From contig JAOAHY010000005.1 of the NCBI GenBank assembly GCA_026414995.1, positions 18,547-82,546 on the forward strand: a stretch of 64,000 nt of DNA, given 5' to 3'. This document shows positions 57,951 to 64,000 of this stretch, piece by piece; the first letter of the stretch is position 1, and each line of letters starts with the position of its first letter. The notes below the pieces were generated by a model that saw only the letters and a program-made list of their open reading frames with translations, made no database searches and had not been told where the DNA came from. This stretch comes from Caldisericia bacterium (GTDB taxonomy: Bacteria > Caldisericota > Caldisericia > B22-G15). Position numbers and translations under genes: made by a program.

Positions 57951-60263
57951 ATGGAAAAAGTTAATTTGGAGGAAGTTCAAAAGTTAGAAGTTGTTAAAGA
58001 TTTAGTAGATCAATTAATTGATTTAATGTTAAATTATAGACAAAGTGGGCATCCTGGTGGATCAAGATCAAAGGTTCACATGTTTGTTTCAACTCTTCTT
58101 TCAAAACATTTAAGATATGACATAAGAGATCCAGCTAAACCTTTTAATGATAGAATAATTCTTGCTGCTGGACATACAATTCCTCTTGTTTATGCAACAC
58201 TTGCAGTTTTTAATGAGGCAATGAGATTAAGATATGAAGAAACAAAAGATTCAAGATATCTTCCAAAAGATATTGAATCAACTCTTTATCCAAAAGATCT
58301 TTTAACATTTAGAAGAAGAGGAGGACTTCCAGGACATGCTGAAATGGGAGGGAAAACTCTTATACTTAAATTTAATACTGGTCCATCTGGACATGGTATA
58401 ACAGCGTCAGTTGGTGAAGCAATTGCACTTAAAAAAATGGGAGCAGATGGAGTTAAAGTTGTAGTTTTTGAAGGAGATGCAGGACTTACTCCAGGTGGCG
58501 CACATGAAACAATGAATTCTGCATGGGCTCTTGGACTTGATAACCTCTTTTTCTTAATCGATTGGAATAATTTCGGAATTGATGATCACCCACTCTCTGA
58601 AACTGTTCCAAATACTCCAAAAGAGTGGTTTGGTTGTCATGGATGGAGAGTTGTTGGAACATTAAATGGAAATGATTTTCCATCTGTTCTTGAAACAATC
58701 GATGATCTTTTTGGAAATATACAAAAAAATATACCAAATGTTGCATATTTTAAAACAAAAAAGGGAAGAGATTATTTAAAGTATGACAACAAATCTCATG
58801 GTGTTCCACATCCAATGAATTCTGAGATATTTTGGCAAACAAAGGCACCTTTTCAAGAAAAATATGGAGTAAAATTTGAAGGTTTTATGGAACCTCCACC
58901 TCCTACTTATGAAGAAAGAATGAAGCAATTTGAAAAAAATATTGATATAGTTATATCAGTTTTAAGAGAAAATAAAGAAGTTTATAGATTTATAGCCGAT
59001 AGATTACTTGAATTGGGAGAAAAAGTTCCAAATCACATTGAAACATTAAGAATTGATAGAGAAAGAAATCCAATTTATGATGATGCAATTTATGATTTCA
59101 GAAACTATCCTCAAGAAATTTGGGCAAAACCCGGTGAAAAACAACCAAATAGAGCTGCTTTAAGAAAATGGGGTGCTTGGATTAATTCATATACTTATAA
59201 AAAATATGGAAGGCCGCTTTTTATTGCAATGTCTGCAGATTTAACTGAATCAACAAATATTGATGGCTTTGGACTTCCTTTTGGAGATTTTCCAGGACTT
59301 GGTTGGTATGACAAAGAAAAAAATATTGATGGAGTTCTTCTTCCTCAAGAAATCACTGAATTTGTAAATTCTGGAATTTGCGTAGGTATTGAAACAGTAA
59401 ATATTGCGAAAGATCCTTATAAAGAATTTTTAGGTTATTATTCTGCTTGTTCAACTTATGGCTCATTTGCCTATTTAAAATATGGAATGATGAGACTATT
59501 TTCTCAACTTGCTCAAGATTGTCCTATAAAAGTAGGAAAAGTTATTTGGGTTGCAGGACATTCTGGACCAGAAACTGCAGATGATTCAAGAACTCACTTC
59601 GGAATTTTTGCAACAGGGGTTACAAAACTCTTTCCAAAGGGTCAAGTTATTAGTTTATATCCATGGGAATATAATGAAGTTCCAGTTTTATTGGGTAGGG
59701 CACTTAAAGAAAATGTACCAATAATTGTTTTACATCTTACAAGACCACCAATTGAAATTCCAGATAGAGAAAAATTAGGAATTCCAAGTCACTTTGAAGC
59801 AGCTCATGGTGCTTATATTTTAAGAGATTATGAGATTGGTAAAGAAAAAATGGGAACAGTAATTGTTCAGGGAACTAGTCCAGTAAATGAAATTATAAAA
59901 ATTTTACCAAAATTCAAAGAAGAAGGAATAAATGTTAAAATTATCGTTGCAAGTTCTTATGAACTTTTTATGTTAGAGAGTGAAGATTATAGAAATAAAG
60001 TACTTCCAAAAGAAGATTGGGCAAACTCAATGGTTATAACAAATGAATGCTTAAAAAATATGAGTGATTGGTTATTCTCAAAAGTTAATGAAGAGTATTC
60101 AATGTCTTCTGATTGGGATAATAGATGGAGAACTGGTGGAACAGTTGAAGATGTCCTTGAAGAGGCTCATCTTACAAAAGAATACATCTTCGAAGGTATT
60201 AAAAAATTCGCAATGGATAAGGAAAAAAGATTAAAGAAAATTAAAGAGTATTTCAATATTTAA
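57951..60263 (+). CDS. Transketolase-family TPP enzyme, atypically long (770 aa) and divergent
   Basis: SGHPGGSRS, LAAGHTIP, FRRRGGLPGHAE, FEGDAGLTPGGAHE ... DWNNFGIDD parallel transketolase N-terminal TPP motifs. It carries insertions and about 100 extra residues. Confidence 0.6.
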   Translation: MEKVNLEEVQKLEVVKDLVDQLIDLMLNYRQSGHPGGSRSKVHMFVSTLLSKHLRYDIRDPAKPFNDRIILAAGHTIPLVYATLAVFNEAMRLRYEETKDSRYLPKDIESTLYPKDLLTFRRRGGLPGHAEMGGKTLILKFNTGPSGHGITASVGEAIALKKMGADGVKVVVFEGDAGLTPGGAHETMNSAWALGLDNLFFLIDWNNFGIDDHPLSETVPNTPKEWFGCHGWRVVGTLNGNDFPSVLETIDDLFGNIQKNIPNVAYFKTKKGRDYLKYDNKSHGVPHPMNSEIFWQTKAPFQEKYGVKFEGFMEPPPPTYEERMKQFEKNIDIVISVLRENKEVYRFIADRLLELGEKVPNHIETLRIDRERNPIYDDAIYDFRNYPQEIWAKPGEKQPNRAALRKWGAWINSYTYKKYGRPLFIAMSADLTESTNIDGFGLPFGDFPGLGWYDKEKNIDGVLLPQEITEFVNSGICVGIETVNIAKDPYKEFLGYYSACSTYGSFAYLKYGMMRLFSQLAQDCPIKVGKVIWVAGHSGPETADDSRTHFGIFATGVTKLFPKGQVISLYPWEYNEVPVLLGRALKENVPIIVLHLTRPPIEIPDREKLGIPSHFEAAHGAYILRDYEIGKEKMGTVIVQGTSPVNEIIKILPKFKEEGINVKIIVASSYELFMLESEDYRNKVLPKEDWANSMVITNECLKNMSDWLFSKVNEEYSMSSDWDNRWRTGGTVEDVLEEAHLTKEYIFEGIKKFAMDKEKRLKKIKEYFNI

Positions 60264-60295
60264 TTTTGAGATTTTTTAGATTAGAAAAATTTTTA

Positions 60296-60323
60296 AGAGG
60301 GAGATAGGCTCTCCCTCTTTTTA
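60296..60323. terminator. Intrinsic terminator hairpin
   Basis: AGAGGGAGA-taggc-TCTCCCTCT followed by TTTTTAATTT. Confidence 0.65.
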
Positions 60324-60333
60324 ATTTATATTG

Positions 60334-61371
60334 TTAAAATTTTATTAGAGATAATTTATTAATATTATCAATAACTTTTGATAAATTTTCATGTGTTAAT
60401 AAAACTTCTTTAATATCCCAAAAAGTTAATAATTTTTTAAAATCTTCTTTTAAATTTTCTGTTTCTTTTTTAATCTCTTCAATCATTTTTGTATTTGAAA
60501 CAGCTATGATTTTTTGAACAGTTGGATTATTTACAGACTTTAATAAATTTAAAATTAAGCTATCTATTGACCCCTTTTTATGAACTTCGAAAATATAAGT
60601 CACCATTCCTAAATTACCTATCTTTGCTCTCCATACAACATCTACTTTTGCTCCTTTTGCAATTAATTCCTCTATAGATGTTTCAAAACCTAACCAATCC
60701 CCTATTTCCTTTATCTTGTCTCTAATTTCGTCATGATCAAACTCAAAATCTTCTTCTACATAATTTTCTTCGGAATAAACAGAAATTTCATATAAAAAAT
60801 GGTCAACTCCAAGCATATCTAAATAAGGATAATTTATTTCTTTTAATATTTCAAGGAGCTCTCTGTATAACTTTATAAGATCTAAATATTCTTTACCATT
60901 AATGTAATATTTTTTGATTATTTGGTTCTCAATTTTTAATTTTGATAAACCTTTTCTTGCTTTATCATTCCATATAATATAATTTTGAGGGTCAAAAAAA
61001 CATAATATTTCAGTAATTGAAGCTGGACCTATATATTTAACTTCTTTTCTAAATCTATCAAATCTAATATCAATATTTTCTTTACCATATAATAATTGAA
61101 TTAATTCATTTTTAATCTTTGTGATTCCATTTGCATCAATAATATTTTTAATTTGATAATCTTTGTTTGTCCAAAATTCAGTTGCCCAAAGGTTTGAAAT
61201 TATCTCTTTAAATTTAAATTCATCTAATGAATCTAGCTCTTCTTGTTTAAGATAAAATAAGATTTTTTCTCTGTTTTTTAATTTCAATTCATAATCTAAT
61301 TTAAAATTTTTTAAATTTTTTATTTTCTTATAATAGTCCTTGATTAAACTTTTTGTTTCTTCTTTTATCAT
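60334..61371 (-). CDS. Hypothetical protein with C-terminal PD-(D/E)xK-like nuclease motifs
   Basis: C-terminal GFETSIEE ... KVDVVW ... FEVHKKG fits the E / hD / ExK order of restriction-endonuclease-fold nucleases. The N-terminal 200 aa is unassigned. RBS AGGAGG, 23 nt after the xdh-like large-subunit stop. Confidence 0.4.
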   Translation of the reverse strand: MIKEETKSLIKDYYKKIKNLKNFKLDYELKLKNREKILFYLKQEELDSLDEFKFKEIISNLWATEFWTNKDYQIKNIIDANGITKIKNELIQLLYGKENIDIRFDRFRKEVKYIGPASITEILCFFDPQNYIIWNDKARKGLSKLKIENQIIKKYYINGKEYLDLIKLYRELLEILKEINYPYLDMLGVDHFLYEISVYSEENYVEEDFEFDHDEIRDKIKEIGDWLGFETSIEELIAKGAKVDVVWRAKIGNLGMVTYIFEVHKKGSIDSLILNLLKSVNNPTVQKIIAVSNTKMIEEIKKETENLKEDFKKLLTFWDIKEVLLTHENLSKVIDNINKLSLIKF

Positions 61372-61394
61372 TTATATAAACCTCCTATAATAAT

Positions 61395-63725
61395 TTACCC
61401 CTTTAAAGCTCTCCATACTTTTTCTGGAGTAAATGGGAGAAAATTTAGTTTTATTCCTGTAGCATCTAAGAAAGCATTTCTAATTGCTGGGGCAGGTCCA
61501 TTTATGTTAATTTCTGCTACAGATTTTACTCCAAAAGGACCTGTTGGTTCATATGTTTCTACAAATTTTACAATAATTTCTGGAATATCAAGTGCAGTTA
61601 AAACTTTATAATCAAGGAAATTTGCATTTAATGGCACACCTCTATTTGAATAAATCAACTCTTCAGTTAAGGCATAACCTAATCCTTGAACAATTGAGCC
61701 AATTGCTTGACCTTTTGCAAGATTTGGATGAACAATAGTTCCTATATCATTTATTGCAACATATTTTATTGGAATAATTTTGCCAGTTTCTAAATCAACA
61801 TCTATTAAAACAAAATGTGCTGCAAATGGTGGAGGTGATTTTGGAGAAACAAAGGATGCTGTTGCTTCAATCTGCTCTTGTTCAAAATCATAAAAACTTT
61901 TTTCTCCAATTTCTTTTAAAGAAATTTTATTTCCTGTTAATTTTGATATAACAAAATCGTCCTCTATTTTTAAATCTTCTTGATACTCATTTAAAATTTT
62001 TGAAGCATATTCTAAAATTTTATTCTTAATTAATTTACCTGCCTTTTGTACTGCACCACCTGAAATATAAGTTGTACTTGAAGCATATGCTCCAGTATCA
62101 AAAGGAGTAAAATCTGTATCAGAAGAATAAACTTTTATCTTTTCATAAGGAACACTTAACTCTTCAGCAAGAATTTGTGCAAGAACCGTGTCTGAACCTG
62201 TTCCAATATCTGTTGCACCAACAAAAAGGTGAAATGTTCCATCATCATTGAGTTTTACTCTTGCGCTTGCCATATCAATTAAAGGAATCCCTGAACCTTG
62301 CATCATAATTGCCATTCCTACTCCTCTAACATAACTACCATTTCTTATTCTTTTACCTCTCCACTTTTCCCATTCAATTTCTTTTTTCCCTATTTCAATA
62401 CATTTTTCTAAACCTGAACTTTCAATATATTGAACGACACCTTCTCTTCCTTCTCCTAATTTTTCAAAAACAGGTGAAGTTTCTCCTTCTTTTATGTGAT
62501 TAATTTTTCTCAATTCAATTGGATCAATTCCAATTAATTCTGCAAGATCATCCATTGCACTTTCAAGAGCAAAATAACCATTTGTTGCACCATATCCTCT
62601 AAATGCACCTGATGTAGGTAAATTAGTATAAACAGCATCACCTATAAAAGAAATGCTCTCTGCTTTATTATAGAGTGGAAGTGTTTTACTTCCTGAGTTG
62701 AAAAGCACTGTTGGTCCATGTGTTCCATATCCACCATTATTTAATAAAACTTTAAGTTGAATTGCATTTAATTTTCCTGATTTATCTGCTCCTAAGCTTA
62801 CCCAAACTTTTGAAGGATGCCTTAATCTTGAAGCAATAAATTCCTCTTTTCTTGTGTATTCAATTCTTACTGGTCTTTTTGTTCTTAAAGTCATTAAGGC
62901 ACATACATCTTCTAAAATCATTTCTTGTTTCACTCCAAAACCACCACCAATCCTTGGTTTAATTACTCTTATTTTTTTCATTGGAAATTCAAGAATTTTA
63001 GATAAAATTCTTCTAATATGAAATGGAACTTGTGTACTTGTTCTAACTACAAGGTTTCCATATTCGTCAAAATATGTTATTGTTATATGAGTTTCTATTG
63101 GTGTATGTTGAACTGGTTGGGTTATAAAAAATTCTTTTTCAATTTTATAATGTGATTCATTAAATTCCTTTTCAAAATCTCCAATATTTAATTCAACATG
63201 AGATATTATGTTTCTTCTTTTATCATAAATTCCTTTAGTATCTTCTTCATCATGAATTATTACTTCACCTTTCATCGCTTCATCAGGATCAAGAACAAAA
63301 GGAAGTTCCTTATAATTTACTTTTATTTTTGAAATTGCTTCTTCTGCTGCCTCAAGTGTTTCAGCACAAACAGCACAAACTCTATCACCAACATGCCTTA
63401 CTTTTTTATCAAACATAAAGTGATCATAAGGAGAAGGTTCTGGATAACCTTGACCTGCAGTTGTATGAGGAATTCTTGGTGTGTTTTTATAAGATAAAAT
63501 AAGTTTTACTCCAGGGATTTTAAGTGCTTCACTCTCATCAATGTCAACAATTTCTGCATGAGGATAAGGACTTAATAAAAATTTTCCATGAAGCATATTT
63601 GGTAAAAAAATGTCATCTGTAAAAAGAGGATTCCCCACTGCAAGAGGTAAACCATCATATTTCTCTACATTTTTTCCAATTATTTTCTTTTCAATAAAAA
63701 TTTCTTCCTTTATTATTTTGCTCAT
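61395..63725 (-). CDS. Molybdenum hydroxylase large (molybdopterin-binding) subunit, second paralogue
   Basis: 776 aa, same domain organisation as 28374..30701 (GGGFG, MoCo-binding C-terminal domains) but clearly a different sequence. Confidence 0.85.
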   Translation of the reverse strand: MSKIIKEEIFIEKKIIGKNVEKYDGLPLAVGNPLFTDDIFLPNMLHGKFLLSPYPHAEIVDIDESEALKIPGVKLILSYKNTPRIPHTTAGQGYPEPSPYDHFMFDKKVRHVGDRVCAVCAETLEAAEEAISKIKVNYKELPFVLDPDEAMKGEVIIHDEEDTKGIYDKRRNIISHVELNIGDFEKEFNESHYKIEKEFFITQPVQHTPIETHITITYFDEYGNLVVRTSTQVPFHIRRILSKILEFPMKKIRVIKPRIGGGFGVKQEMILEDVCALMTLRTKRPVRIEYTRKEEFIASRLRHPSKVWVSLGADKSGKLNAIQLKVLLNNGGYGTHGPTVLFNSGSKTLPLYNKAESISFIGDAVYTNLPTSGAFRGYGATNGYFALESAMDDLAELIGIDPIELRKINHIKEGETSPVFEKLGEGREGVVQYIESSGLEKCIEIGKKEIEWEKWRGKRIRNGSYVRGVGMAIMMQGSGIPLIDMASARVKLNDDGTFHLFVGATDIGTGSDTVLAQILAEELSVPYEKIKVYSSDTDFTPFDTGAYASSTTYISGGAVQKAGKLIKNKILEYASKILNEYQEDLKIEDDFVISKLTGNKISLKEIGEKSFYDFEQEQIEATASFVSPKSPPPFAAHFVLIDVDLETGKIIPIKYVAINDIGTIVHPNLAKGQAIGSIVQGLGYALTEELIYSNRGVPLNANFLDYKVLTALDIPEIIVKFVETYEPTGPFGVKSVAEININGPAPAIRNAFLDATGIKLNFLPFTPEKVWRALKG

Positions 63726-64000
63726 TTATCTTTCTCCTTTTAATATTTGAATAACCTTTTTAGTTGCATCTATTTGTTGAACATAACCAGTACATCTACA
63801 AATGTGACTTGAAAGAGCAATTCTTATATCTTCTTCAGTTGGTTTAGGATTTAAATTTAATAAACTATATACTGAAACAATTATCCCTGGAATACAATAA
63901 CCACATTGTATTGCTCCTTCTTCAACAAAAACCTTTTGAATTAAGTGAGGATTATCAAAATCTCCTATACCCTTAACAGTAATTACATTTTTACCGTTAA
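63726..64000 (-). CDS. Molybdenum hydroxylase [2Fe-2S] subunit, partial (N-terminus beyond window end)
   Basis: Minus-strand translation ends ...QCGYCIPGIIVSVYSLL ... ICRCTGY ... ILKGER-stop; the stop is immediately followed by the large-subunit ATG. Confidence 0.8.
   Translation of the reverse strand, partial: NGKNVITVKGIGDFDNPHLIQKVFVEEGAIQCGYCIPGIIVSVYSLLNLNPKPTEEDIRIALSSHICRCTGYVQQIDATKKVIQILKGER

Noticed and set aside
1-64000. CRISPR arrays, cas genes, rRNA genes, transposases, toxin-antitoxin pairs
   Set aside because: No regularly spaced direct repeats and no recognisable Cas, transposase or rRNA sequences were noticed on reading the window. Their absence is by eye, not by a computational repeat search.

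Overview
The window is a compact, AT-rich bacterial chromosomal segment, roughly 28-30 % GC judged by eye. Coding density is high, and several convergent gene pairs abut or overlap at their 3' ends. Ribosome-binding sites are AGGAGG-like. I saw no CRISPR array, no transposase or integrase, and no rRNA. I identified about 60 protein genes, one tRNA-Arg(CCG), four intrinsic-terminator hairpins, one textbook sigma-54 promoter with two upstream enhancer palindromes, and one near-consensus sigma-70 promoter with an operator palindrome.

The main blocks, in order:
- Start to 2.8 kb: glyQ (partial), an MFS transporter and an isochorismatase-family hydrolase.
- 2.8-10.7 kb: a sigma-54 enhancer-binding regulator (AcoR-like) followed by an acoA/acoB/acoC-like 2-oxo-acid or acetoin dehydrogenase E1alpha/E1beta/E2 operon, fused to a TRAP transporter (dctPQM).
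- 10.7-16.9 kb: transaldolase, a Nif3-like protein, TldD plus PmbA, and LemA plus an HtpX-like M48 protease.
- 16.9-24 kb: Asp23, FakA (DAK2), DegV, a COG1067 Lon-like protease, TsaE, TsaB and an S49-like protease.
- 24-31 kb: a DUF123-like protein, an Old Yellow Enzyme flavoprotein, a glycerophosphodiester phosphodiesterase, and a three-subunit molybdenum hydroxylase cluster (xanthine-dehydrogenase family).
- 31-37.7 kb: two divergent, regulator-led units. One encodes a radical-SAM/Twitch-like enzyme, an MBL-fold hydrolase and a membrane-anchored winged-helix protein. The other encodes an ArsR-like regulator, a membrane protein, an ABC-2 transporter and a LiaF-like peptide.
- 37.7-50 kb: housekeeping genes (tmk, deoxynucleoside kinase, nitroreductase, thioredoxin-like lipoprotein, metG and others), plus a ThpR (2H phosphoesterase) and Macro-domain pair.
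- 50-64 kb: rsmI, a roadblock/LC7 protein, a TPR protein, tRNA-Arg, rtcB, a polysaccharide deacetylase, P5C dehydrogenase (rocA-like), an unusually long transketolase-family protein, a hypothetical protein with a PD-(D/E)xK-like C-terminus, and a second, paralogous molybdenum hydroxylase cluster that runs off the window end.

The most promising leads for new biology are the rSAM/MBL/ABC-2 divergent locus, which has no annotated precursor, and the nuclease-like orphan gene inside the second xdh-like operon. The RNA-repair gene set (ThpR, Macro, RtcB) and the terminator hairpin embedded in the 5' end of the deacetylase ORF also merit a look.

All calls rest on reading the supplied translations and DNA by eye; no searches were run. 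My nucleotide indexing of motifs is accurate only to about +/-1-2 nt.
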